Origin: the human T2T-CHM13v2.0 reference genome, Homo sapiens
Direction: 5' to 3' (one strand)
Assembly (NCBI RefSeq): GCF_009914755.1
Contig: NC_060936.1
DNA length: 64,000 nt
Both the position numbers and the translations under genes were made by a program. Below are positions 17,012-35,342 of this stretch, piece after piece (positions within the stretch are counted from its first letter, which is position 1; each line of letters begins with the position of its first letter). The notes under the pieces are model-generated. The model had not been told where the DNA came from, did no database searches, and worked only from the letters and a program-made list of their open reading frames with translations.

Positions 17012-17127
17012 GCTCCTCTAGCGCTCCTCTAGCGCTCCTCTGTGGAGAGCGCCGCGGGCACCTGCAAGACGGGGGGGCGCCCCTTCCACAAACCCGAGTA
17101 GGAAAACCAACCTAAGGGCTCCAGGTG

Positions 17128-17295
17128 GAGCGTTGCCAGATACAATACAGTAACGCATGCGCAGTCAACTTTGAATTTCAGATAAACGAGTTACTTTTGA
17201 GTACAAATATAGTATCATACAAAGTTATTCGTTGGTTATCTGAAATTCAGGGTTACCTGGGAGTGCTGTGTTTATTTGCTGAGTCTGGCACCCCG
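17128..17295. mobile_element. MER53-like palindromic hAT MITE
   Basis: GTTGCCAGATA...TTTGAATTTCAGATAAAC...GTTATCTGAAATTCA...TCTGGCACCC, with internal inverted symmetry as I recall the MER53 consensus. Confidence 0.75.
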
Positions 17296-17486
17296 GCCCG
17301 GGCCGCCTCCCTGTCCACTCTGGCTGGGTCTCCCAGGCATGGGCAAGGGACCTCCTTCTACCTCCTGTGGCAACTTCTTCAGGCTGGAGGCAGCTGTCTC
17401 TGTGGAAAGGGGCTTTCGTATGTTGAGCCAAGATGCCTATTGGTGTATGTGAAAAATAACACTACTAGGCCGGGCACGGTGGCTCA

Positions 17487-17795
<309 letters not shown>

Positions 17796-18926
17796 TTAAA
17801 ACAGGAAAGTTGGGTTATTCTCGTCGTTCATGGACAGGAAACAAGTGCTCAGGGAGATGACAAGCCTTGCACACTTCCCACTGATATGCTCAGAATTCCC
17901 ACACAGAACCTTGACTTGGCCCAACCCTTAGGCCGGAAGTTTTCCCGTTAGAGATAATGGTCCCCTTCTCATATTCATCTTTCCGGAGCATCAGGAGGAG
18001 GCTGTTCCCGTTTTTATGTTATTTCACTTCAAGTGACGTTGAGATGTCTATGCAGTATTTTTGTCTTTGGAGTATATCATACTGAAGAAATACAGTGAAG
18101 ATACTGTGTTCCAAAGTCAGATGTAATAATGCTTTCCTCTATGTGGTTGAGACAGCAATGCCAACTCAATAGGGAATTAGGCTTATTTGTGCCATTTAGT
18201 TTTCAGTTTTAATGACTGTATTTACATATACATGCATGCACCTTTCTCTGCTGCTTTGTATTCCTTTCCCCAGTACAAAAGATGGCATACTGTGTGCAAT
18301 TTCTGCACCTTGCTTTCTTCACTTCACTCTGTGTCCTTGAGTTCACACCCTACTTTACAGAGCTTCCGCATTCTCTTGTATATCTGCACAATAATCCATT
18401 GTGTTGCTCTGCCTCATTAGTCCTGAATTTGATGAATATTCAAATGGAGCTCCAGTTTTACTATTGTAAATAACGGTGCAAATAACCATGTGCATCTGCC
18501 ATTTCATATTTTTGCAAGCATATCTTTGAGATAGGATCCAAGAAGTGAGATTGGTGGTCAAAGGATAAACACGTGATTTTGTAGATTTTGCCAAATTCTC
18601 CTCCATAGGGGTTATATCATTTTGTTCTTTCACGGCTACCATATGACACAAGAGCAGTACTGGAGCCTATGAACCTCAGGATGTCAATGTTTCTGAAATT
18701 TTATGCAAATATTAGGTATATTTGTCCAGGGATAGGTCTAGATGCATTGGCATTCTGTCCTCTATAACTGCCGTGCTCATTCCTGTATCAGGGCCCTTCC
18801 TCATACCTGGAAGGCTCTTCTCTTCTTTGCCTTGTTTTCTGTTATTTCAGTAAATTTAAACTGAGCTCAAATGTCACCCCTCAGAAAAGCTTTAATTCAC
18901 TTCCCTGACTTGTTCAGATCTCCTTT

Positions 18927-21580
<2,654 letters not shown>

Positions 21581-22668
21581 ACAGCCCTCATTCAACTCTT
21601 CAGCTACGTAACTTCTACTAGTGACCTAATTCTTTGAGATGTCATTCCCTGCAGGAGGGCATCCTTGCTCTTCCAAGTCTAAGTTAAGAGGCATTATTTG
21701 GTTTTCTTACCTCGTCTTAGGCCTTAACAACACTGCCTGTTTATTTGCTTTTAATATCTACTCATATGTAAATGTAACCTCTTCATAATAGGAAATATGT
21801 CTAATTTGCTTCCTAATTTATACCCCAGGCTGGCACATTGTAAGTGTGGAATAACTATTTGGGGAATAAATTCTTACATGGAAACATAACTGTTGCCCCT
21901 GTGTGATATATGTACTTTCAATATACTGGCATATTATCTACAGAAATATTAGAAGCTAAAGAAAATTAGAAGCTAAGAGAAAATTCTTAAAATCCCATAT
22001 TCCCATTTAGGATATTGATTGTGATCTTATAAGCCAAGTTAGACTTAGATGACATGGAAAAGGACATATGTAGGACCTAATCGCCTTTTTTCTTTTGTAG
22101 CTTGAAAATGACAGCCTTGGTTTATTTTTATTTTTTACTGATCCATAATAGTTGTGCATATTTATAGAGCACATGTAATATTCTGATACGGGCATGTAGT
22201 ATATAATCATCTAATCAAAGTAATTGCGATATCCATTAGCTCAAACATCATGTCATTTTCAGGGACATGGCTGGAGCTAGAGACCATTATTCTTAGCAAA
22301 CTAATGCAGGAACAGAAAACCAAATACCATGTGTTCTCACTTATAAGTGGGAGCTAATGATGAAAACACATGTATACATAGAAAGGAACAACACACACTG
22401 AGGCCTGTTGGAGGGTGAAGGGTAGGAGGAGAGAGAGGATCAGGAAAAATAACAATGGGTACTAGGCTTAATATCTGGGTGATGAAATGATCTGTACAGC
22501 AAACCCCCATGACACAAGTTTACCCATGTAACAAACATGCACATGTACCCCTGAACTAAAAAGTTAAAAAAATTTGCTGAGCACGGTGGCACACGCCTGT
22601 AATCCCAGCACTTTGGGAGGCCAAGGCGGGTGGATCACGAGGTCAGGAGATCGAGACCATCCTGGCTA

Positions 22669-22869
<201 letters not shown>

Positions 22870-23780
22870 TTAAAAATTTTTAAAAAAAGAAAGTCTATAG
22901 GGCCCAGACTTACCCAACATCTTTATACTTTATTGCACTGTGGCCCTATTAGACTTTCCTGTGAGTTGGATCCTGTCCAACTTCCCAAACAGATGCTGAT
23001 ACTTTGTGGGTTGTGTAGTTACTGATAATTCGTCATCATCTTCTCATAACTGAAAGCTCATGGAGAAATTTTGCCATCTAGTTTTGCTATAAATGGGTTT
23101 TGTTCATTGCTCCTTGGTTTTGCTGCCCTAGATGGAGATTTTTAAAGTGCACTGTACTAAAACCACCTACCTAGAATCTTCCCCATCTTCATTCTTAAAA
23201 CACTTTTCTCTCCACTTGGCTTCTGGGATAAAAGTTTTCTGATTTATCTTTTATCTTATTGGCTACTGCTACTCAGCCAACTTTGCTGTTTCTTCGTCTT
23301 TGTCTTGATCTCCAGATGTTGGTAAATCCTGTGGATTGGTCTTCAATTTTCTTATGTCCACAATTCATATTCACATGTCTAAGTAAGGTCAACCATTCCT
23401 GTGACTTTAAGACAATGCATATGTAAAGCCCATTTTTTTAATCCCCAGATTTTACCTTTTCTATCAAATTCAGACATGAATAACTGTCCACTTGTATGTC
23501 TAATAAACATTTTAAAAGTTAACATAATTAAATGGAACTCTTGACTTCACTTTCAAACCACTCCTAGCCCTGTGTTCCTCATTTCAGTTAAGTGACAGTA
23601 TCATTCATCTGGTTGTTCTTGCTAAAAATGTAAAAGTCATGAGTTTTCCCTTTGTAGCATACATTTATTCCATCAACAAATCCTGTCAACTAAACCTTTA
23701 ATATATATCCCAAATCTTACTACTTCTCACCACTTGTATCTTTATTTCAGTAGAGATAATAGTCATATTTCCTAGTATGG

Positions 23781-24830
<1,050 letters not shown>

Positions 24831-25624
24831 CTAGATATCTGCTGTATTTCTAACTGGACTTCCTTACTTCACTTTTGCCCCACTATATCTGTTTTCCATA
24901 CAGCAGGCAACCAGTTCTTGTTAATACATAATAAATCCTGCACTACCACAAATTTCTAAAATCCAGTTTACTCAAAAGAAAATCCAAATTTCTTTCCATG
25001 ACCTATACTTCCCTACATAATCTTACCCTTGCTTGTCTCCCTGGCCCTATTTCCTACATTTTCTCACCTCATTTATTCCACTCTAACCACATTTTTTATT
25101 CCTTAAAAAATGCCAAATTTGTTTTGTTCCAATTTCAAATGCCTGCACCTTCTTCCATCTGCTTGAAATAAACTTTCTCCAGATTTTCACATGACCTGCT
25201 CATTTACTTTATTACCAGTATCCGCCCAGGTGCAGTGGCTCATGCCTGTAATCCTAGCACTTCGGGAGGCCGAGGTGGGCAGATCACAAGGTCAGGCGTG
25301 CGGGACCAGCCTGGCCAATATGGTGAAACCCCGTCTCTACTAAAAATACAAAAATTAGCCAGGCATGATGGCACGTGCCTATAATCCCAGCTACTCAGTA
25401 GGCTGAGGCAGGAGAATCGCTTGAACCCCAGAGGCAGAGGTTGCAGTGAGCCAAGATCAAGTCACTGCACTCCACTCCGGATGACAAAGAAAGACTCCAT
25501 CTCAAAAAAAAAAGAAAATTACCAGTATCCTTGGCAAGTCCATCTACAATAGGATTCACTGCTTCCAACACTCTCTAGCCTTTTACTTTGCTTTACTTTG
25601 ACTTAACTTTCATTTTACTTTGCT

Positions 25625-25886
25625 TTACTACAACAATATCTATCATGAAGGTTGATATCAAATGATAATTTAGCTGATACAATTTTTGTTGAGCCTCCAA
25701 CTGTGAATGAGAAAATAAAGCCTAAAGTTCATAGTACAGCTAATGACCATTAGATATTTTCTCTGTGAAAGTTTGCTAATCAGCTGAATAATTTTTCTCC
25801 TATAGGAATAGCAATAATTATAGTGGCTCATATAAAATATGCTCATGTATTAACATCCATCTCTACTGTAAATATATAATGAGCTT
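25625..25886 (-). pseudogene. NUMT: MT-CO1 codons ~289-375
   Basis: Reverse complement gives AHYMFTVEMDVNT.AYF..ATMIIAIP...FSWLA...WTLGFIFSFTVGG...HD; directly continues copy 2 across the MST insertion. Confidence 0.88.
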
Positions 25887-27897
25887 TGTGTTAGTCTGCT
25901 TGCATTACTATAAAAGAATACCTGAGGCTGGGTAATCTATAAAGAAAAGGGGTTAAGTTGACTCATAGTTCTACAGGCTGTGCATGAAGCATAGTGCCAG
26001 CATCTGCTTCTGATGAGGGCTTCAGGAAGCTTACAATCATGGTGGAAGGCAAAGGGGCGACAGTGTGCCACATGGTGAGAGTAGGAGCAAGCGAGATGCC
26101 AGACTCTTAAACAACAAGCTCTTGTGTGAACGAACAGTGAGAACTCATTACTTCAGGAGGGATCTACCCACATGACCCAAACACCTCCAAATAATACAGG
26201 AATTATTAAGAAATAACTTTTAGGCCGCTAGAAAGGGTAAAGGTTCTCAGTGGAAATTTTCCTGTAATAAGAAGCAACCCCCAAACCATTTCTTTTCTAA
26301 CAGAAAGGCAGCTTGAAAAACCAGGCCGGCAAGCTTTGATATGCAAATGCTGGCGATTAGAAACTGGGTCCACCCAACATGGCCAACAGGAAGAGTGCCA
26401 CCCTCTCCTCCTCATCACTACATGTGCCAAGTGTCATGATTGCCTCCAGATAACATGGATATCATGGTGACCTGCATTTGCATATTAAAGGAGTAAGGTA
26501 GGAGTGCCAGGTTTTTCACGGGCTATGTGAATGACACGCCTGGTCAAACCAATCTCCTGGGCCCTATGCAAATTAGACACCTCCTCCTCCAGCCTCCTGC
26601 TATAACAAACTACTCTGCCACACACGGGGTTTCTCTCTGGGAGCCCCCCTCCCTCTGTCCCTGTACTGGGAAGCTTCTTCCTTCTTTCTTGCTTATTAAA
26701 CTCTCCACTCCTTAAAACCACTCTACATGTGTCCATGTCGCTTTATCTAAAACGATGTTAGACCAAGGACCCTGCTGTTCTTCCATTCATCAGAGCAGTT
26801 ATCATTTTGGTTGCATTGACCGGGAATTCATTCATCGGAGTGGTGACTATAGAGCGAGCCCCAACCTCAAATCTCTCCTTCAATTTCAAGGCTCTCTTCT
26901 TACTATCCTGTTGCAAAATTTTCCTTCTTTCTCTATCCACGGTCTCTTACTCTCTCTCTGTGAAAAGTGCAGGGAGTTTTACAGTTCAGTGAAACAGGTC
27001 TGCTAGGAAAGATGGCAAACGCAGCAGGCAGTAACTCAACAAGCCCGCTCTCTGTGGCTGCGCTGGTGAGCATATAGTATTTCTAAGCCAACAGCGCCAC
27101 CTAGTGGAAGTAGAAATCCTCTTCAGGGGCCACATTTTTTACGGTAACACTGAACTTCCTTTTGCACCACCAGAAATCAGGCTCTAACCTACTTCTGTGA
27201 ACCGGAAAGTTCTGCCTTCAGCAATTAGAAGTAATATGTCCTCGACCGGGCATGGTGGCTTACGCCTGTAATCCCAACACTTTGGGAGGCCAAAGCGGGT
27301 GGATCACGAGGTCAGGAGTTCGAGACCAGCCTGGCCAATATGGTGAAACCCCGTCTCTACTAAAAACACAAAAATTAGCTGGGCGTGGTGGTGCACACCT
27401 GCGGTCCCAGCTGCTCAGGAGGCTGAGGCTATTGAATTGCTTAAAACGGGGAAGCAGAGGTTGCAGTGAGCTGAGATTACGTCACTGCACTCCAGCCTGG
27501 GTGACAGTGAGACTCTGTCTCAAAAAGAAGTAATATGTCTGCTGCCACATTTTAGTCTTGATATTGTCCCATAAGCAGGAAAATGGCCATTCTGTTCCTA
27601 CGCTCTTTTAAGACATCTAATCTGTTTCCTGTTAAAATGGTATAATTAGTAGGGAGATTTTAAGTTCAGAAGTTAACCAGAACCATTTTTCTGAGGGTAA
27701 ATGGTTTGGCACGGGCCATAATAGCAGGCAGTCTAGCACATTGCCTCTGTTAAAGGAGCCTTGACCAAAAACAACACAGTCTCTCCAAAGATCAATTTTT
27801 CAGGGAGCCAGGTAGATCACATAGGCTTAGGAAGTCAAAGGGAATCACACAAGGCAGATAAGCTAAGGTTGCGTGGGTAAAGTGTGGTTAATCCCAT

Positions 27898-29269
27898 TGA
27901 GAGGTGACAGCGTGCTAGCAGTCCTCACAGCTCTCGCTCACTCTCGGCGCCTCCTCTGCCTGGGCTCCCACTTTGGCGGCACTTGAGGAGCCCTTCAGCC
28001 CACCGCTGCACTGTGGGAGCCCCTTGCTGGGCTGGCCAAGGCCGCAGCCCGCTCCCTCAGCTTGCAGGGAGGTGTGGAGGGAGACGCGCGAGCGGGAACC
28101 GGGGCTGCGCGCGGCGCTTGCGGGCCAGCTGGAGTTCCGGGGGGGCGTGGGCTTGGCGGCCCCGCACTCGGAGCAGCCGGCCGGCCCTGCCGGCCCGGGG
28201 CAGTGAGGGGCTTAGCACCCGGGCCAGCGGCTGCGGAGGGTGTACTGGGTCCCCCAGCAGTGCCAGCCCACCGGCGCTGCGCTCGATTTCTCACCGGGCC
28301 TTAGCTGCCTTCCCGCGGGGCAGGCCTTGGGACTGCAGCCCGCCATGCCTGAGCCTTCCCCCGCCTCCGTGGGTTCCTGTGCAGCCGGAGCCTCCCCGAC
28401 GAGCGCCGCCCCCTGCTCCACGGCGCCCAGTCCCATCGACCGCCCACGGGCTGAGGAGTGCAAGCGCATGGCGCGGGACTGCAGCGCCGGTGCAGGATCC
28501 ACTGGGTGAAGCCAGCTGGGCTCCTGAGTCTGGTGAGGACGTGGAGAATTTATGTTTAGCTCAGGGATTGCAAATACACCAATGGACACTCTGTATCTAG
28601 CTCAAGGTTTGTAAACACACCAATCAGCACCCTGTGTCTAGCTCAGGGTTGTGAGCGCGCCAATCGACACTCTGTATCTAGCTGCTCTGGTGGGGCCTTG
28701 GAGAACCTTTGTGTGGATACTCTGTATCTAACTAATCTGATGGGGAGGAGGAGAACCTTTGTACCTAGCTCAGGGATTGTAAACGCACCAATCAGCGCCC
28801 TGTCAAAACAGACCACTCGCCTCTACCAATCAGCAGGATGTGGTTGGGGGGGGGGGGGGGGGGGCCAGATAAGAGAATAAAAGCAGGCTGCCCGAGTTGG
28901 TAGTAGTAACCCGCTCGGGTGTCTCTCTGCTTTGGTGGGGCTTTGTTCTTTCGCTCTTGGGGGTCCATACTACTTTTGTGAATTACAGCACTCACCACGA
29001 AAGCTTGCGAGACCACGAGCCTACCGGGAGGAACGAACAACTCCCGACGCGCTGCCTTAAGAGCTGTAACAGTGACCGCAAAGGTCTGCAGCTTTACTCC
29101 TGAGCCCGCCAGACCATGAACCCACCAGAAAGAAAAAACTGAACACACCTGCACATCAAAAGGAACAAACTCCAGACGCGCCACCTTAAGAGCTGTAACA
29201 CTCACCGTGAGAGTCTGCGGCTTCATTTTTGAAGTCAGTGAGACCAAGAACCCACCCATTCCGGACACA
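27898..29269 (+). mobile_element. LTR12C-type solo LTR inserted in the provirus
   Basis: TGAGAGGTGACAGCGTGCT start, CCGGACACA end, perfect CCAT TSD, CpG-rich U3 with CCAAT repeats. Confidence 0.93.
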
Positions 29270-30377
29270 CCATCACTTAGTTCATCCGCTCCCATGGCTT
29301 GGGGGACCATGCTTACAATCGTGGGTGGCACATTTAACAGGGTCCCAGGAACCAGGGAAGGAAAACAGGACACTCCACTGTGTTATTCTCCGTCGGGGGT
29401 CATAGGGAATCAAAGTAGATTAAAAGGACACTTTTATTGCTTTTCTTTCTAGATGGGTAACAGATTATCTTCAGTTTGTGCCCCTCTGGCGTGCACTCTG
29501 AAACACTGAAACTTTCTTAGCCTCAGGACATTAAAGAGAAGAGCAACTCATTTTATTTTGCACAAGGGCATGGTATTTTTACTGAAACTTTGCAAGCAGT
29601 GTAAGATCAACCCAGCTCATTTAGGAATCATATCAGGCACGCTCACTGAAAATAATTCCCCAAAATTAGAAAAGCAACTTCCAGAGGAGCCATCTGAAGA
29701 TCCCCCTTCTTTGGGGGCCCCTTCAAGTTCCCTTCTCGTTACAGCCCCTTAGGCCTGTAATAAAGGGAGACTTAGCCAATTTTCTCACAACCCTGATAGG
29801 TATATAAAAGCTTTCCAGGCTGGGCGCAGTGGCTCACGCCTGTAATCCCAACACTTTGGGAGGCTGAGGCGGGCAGATCACGAGGTCAAGAGATTGAGAC
29901 CATCCTGGTCAACATGGTGAAACCCCGTCTCTACTAAAAATACAAAAATTAGTTGGGCGTTGTGGCATGTGCCTGTAATCTCAGCTACTCGGGAGGCTGA
30001 GGCAGGAGAATCGCTTGCACCCAGGATGTGGAGGTTGCAGTGAGCCAAGATCACGGCACTGAACTCCAGCCTAGCAATAGAGTGAGACTCCGTCTCAAAA
30101 AAAAAGCTTTCCAAAATTTAACTCAGGTATTTCACCTCAGATGGAAGGATGTTATGTTGCTCCTAAGTCAGACCCTCACTGCAGCTGAAAAGCAGGCAGC
30201 TCTGATTTCAGAGATTAGCAACATATCTCCTATAATACACCAAAAGGGAAGAAAGCAGATAAGGAAAGAGAAGAAATAGCAGAAATGCCATTCCCAATTG
30301 GGAGGAAAGCAGTTTCCCTTGACAACCCTAATTGGGACCCCAATAACTCAGGAGATGAAAAGGAAGCTCTTTTTTAA

Positions 30378-31016
30378 GTGTGCATTAGAGAGCCTACGGA
30401 AAACCAGGGCCAAACCTCTCAATTACTCGAAACTGTCCATGATAAACAGCCAGATGAGAATCTTGTAGCCTTTATGGAAAGGCTGAGAGAGGCACTAACA
30501 GAACACCCCTCCTTATCCCCTGATTCAGTCGAGGGACAGCTCATCCTAAAGGACAAGTTTATTAGACAGGCAGCTGCCAATATTAAAAGGAAACTACACA
30601 AGCAAGCTATAGGACCAGATAGCACCTTAGAGAACTTCCTGAAAGTGGCCACTTTGGTCTTTTGTAATAGGAACCAGGAGGAGGCCCAAAAGAAAGAGAC
30701 AATGGTCAGAAGGACAGAGACTCTAGCAGCAGCTTTGCAGGCTTCCAAAGTCCAGGATCCCGGAGGTGCATCTGCTAGTTGCTATCAGTGTGGCAGGCCA
30801 GAGCATGTTAAGAAAGAATGCCCATACAGCAAGACAAAGCCACCTCAACCCTCTCCAGCCTGTGGCAGAGACAACAGGAGATGGAACTGCCCCCAGAGGT
30901 GGAGGTCACTGGGTTCAGAACCAGTCTTACTGATGATCCAGCAGAACTGGATCCCGGGGCTCAAACTCCAGCTCCAGCGGCTCAAACTGCCATTACAGCA
31001 CAGGAGCTCTGAGTGA
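30378..31016 (+). pseudogene. ERV gag remnant (capsid MHR and nucleocapsid CCHC knuckle)
   Basis: PDENLVAFMERLREAL...EGQLILKDKFI.QAA..IKRKL.K; CYQCGRPEHVKKECP. Confidence 0.85.
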
Positions 31017-31329
31017 TTCTGGAAATTAAAAGAAGGAAAGTAGACCTCTTTCTAAACACTCAGCCAGTCTCTCTTTTTTCTCCTCTCTAATCCAGGCCTC
31101 CCCTCTTCCCATAGCACAACCAGAAGGGGCATCTCAGGAAAAACTCTACTCCAGTATTTTTCTCAACCTTAGTTGACACGTGCTTCCAAGCCATTATCAT
31201 GACAGCTCGCTAATCAGAAAAGCCTCCAAGTTAACCCTAGGAAATAATTTAACTGTTTACACCCCACATAATGTGGCAGGATTACTGTCCTCTAGGGGGA
31301 GCTCTTAGCCAACAAACCGCCAGTAAAGC

Positions 31330-32510
<1,181 letters not shown>

Positions 32511-32970
32511 CCACATTCAAGTCAAAGCCTGAACAGCTGAGGGATCAACCTCTGACAGCCCAGAGGCACGTCCTGAATATCAATGTGGAGAAATAGAAGA
32601 TCTTAAACTGAAAATCATAAAAGATAAGTAACTGAGTGAGGGCTACTCCTACCTCATCGGGTACTTTTTATTATTTCTGCCTTTCCTCTCAAAATCTGCC
32701 ACCAAATATTAAAATTCCTTTTAAGGCATATTTGCAGCGAGATTTAATTATACATGGGATTGCATTTGTAACTTTGTAGATCCCCAAAGGGAAATGTTAT
32801 ATCTAGGCAAGTAAAGATTTAAACGAAAATTATTTACTATGCCACTCTTGTGGGAAATGTTATAGTTACACCACTATTTGCGATGGAACTATACACCGTG
32901 GCACCCACAATGCGGAATTTTGGTTGTAAAATTCTAATTGTTATAATATTTTGCCTGATTATCTTCCTTA

Positions 32971-33379
<409 letters not shown>

Positions 33380-34892
33380 TTACTATCATTAAGTTTGATA
33401 TGACTTTTTACTGAAAGTTGGTAATAGGATGCATTCTAAACTATTAAAAGAAGTTTATAAAGAAAGATTTTATATAAGGAAGGATTGTGTATGGTAAATT
33501 CTTGTCCTAAAAGGAAATGACTGGTTGTATACAGGAAGGATGTTTAGGACAAGTCAGAGAGTTTGAGTATGTTGTAAGAGGGTCTGTGAAAGTCACAAAA
33601 GAATTTACTAATTAAAGGAAAAGAATTGCCAAGATTAATGCTAAAGTTATTTTAGCCACCCAATATCATATTTCTCCCAATCATATTGCAACTCACAAAA
33701 ATGGCCTATGCCAAAAATTATTCTCTAATGGGAAGTCAAGGGGAAAATGTATGCTTTTCTCAAGGAAAATGTATGCTTTTCTCAAGGAAAATGTTACTTT
33801 TATATAAAGTCTCTGGTAATGTACAACGGCATCTAGTGGACGAAAACCGGTATTGCAACCCTTTGGTGTAACTAACAGATTTCAAACTCAGTTATGGTCT
33901 ACAGAATTCCCTCTAATGGTGGTCATCTTAATACTCATACTCTAACCCTATATTTTAAATCTTCTTGTAAAATTTATCTCTTTTCACCTAGAAGCAATCA
34001 AACTCCAAACAACGCTGCGAGCAGAGCCACCCATGGACACACCATTCTTCCTAGAACACTTAGATCAACCTCAGGAGGAGGACCAACTGCTGTCCCTCAC
34101 GTGACGAGCCTTTTCAACAGGAAGTAGCCAGAAAGAATTGTCGTCCAACACCCCTTAACAGCAGTTAGGTTTACTTCTCTTGAGGCAGGGAATAATACAG
34201 GAGTTATTAGGAAATAATTGTTAGGCCACTAGAAAGGGTAAAAGTTCTCAGTGGAAATTTTCCTGTCATGAGAAGCAACCCCCAAACCATTTCTTTTCTA
34301 ACAGGCAGCTTGAAAAACCAGGCCGGCAAGTTTGATATGCAAATGCCAGTGATTAGAAACTAGGTCCACCCAACATGGCCAACATGGCAATTCCCACCCT
34401 CTTCTCATTGTCACCACATGTGCCAAGTGTCATAGCCACCTCCAGATAACTCACACATGCTCAGGACATCTTGGTGGCCTGCATTTGGATATTAAAGGGC
34501 TAAGGTGGGAGTGCCAGGGTTTTTTGTGGTCTACGTGAATGACACACCTGGTCAAACCAATCCCTTGGGCCCTATGCAAATCAGACACCTCCTCCTCCAG
34601 CTTCCTAATATAACCAACTACTTCCGTACCACACACGAGGTTTCTCCCTTGGAGCCTCACTCCCTCTGTCTCTGTACAGGAGAGCTTCTTCCTTCTTTCC
34701 TGCCTATTAAACTCTCTACTCCTTAAAACCACTCAAGGTGTTTCCGTGTTGTTTTATCTAAATCAGCAGGAGACCAAAGACCCTGGTGTTCCTCCATTCA
34801 TCAGAGCCATATCGCCATTAGGATCCACCTCCAACATTGGGAATCACATTTCACCATGACATTTGGAGGGAACAAATATCCAAACCGTATCA

Positions 34893-35342
34893 GGCTTATA
34901 CAGTGAATCTTAAGAAACCAATAGATATCATGGTTTAGACTATTCCTATTAACCGAATATGTTACATGTGAAACTCTTCTACATCTGAGTAAAATAACAA
35001 CATAAACTTCTGCAAGAGAAAGAATCAGAATACAACATTGATATAAAATTGAGTCTCCTTGTGGGATAAAACAGCAGTATTAAGGTTATGTTTTTGAATA
35101 GCACAGGTATAGTAATATCAATGCTAAAACTGGAAGAGAAAGTAGCAAAAGCACAGCTGTAATTAATGCAGATCAAATAAATGATGATTTTTGACATTGA
35201 GATATAATTTGTGGTTGTATATTAATAATTGTTGTGATAAAATTAGTAGCACCTAACATTGATGAAATACCTGCTAAGTGTAATGAGAAAATGGTTTGAT
35301 CTACAGAGGCTCCTCCCTGGGCTAAATTTCCTGCTAAAAGTG
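34893..35342 (-). pseudogene. NUMT: MT-CO1 codons ~131-288 (copy 2, inverted)
   Basis: Reverse-complement match to 8975-9442. Confidence 0.88.

Noticed and set aside
17005-17050. Possible CTCF sites at the repeat boundary
   Set aside because: Several mismatches to the core motif; cannot be supported without PWM scoring or ChIP data.
16283-17115. 249-aa poly-Ala and 222-aa poly-Arg ORFs as genuine CDS
   Set aside because: They start at TTG and GTG and are open only because GCC repeats lack stop codons; kept as hypotheses, not features.
27973-29452. Cluster of long GC-rich ORFs and a CpG island
   Set aside because: Lies within LTR12C and the adjacent proviral leader; typical spurious ORFs.
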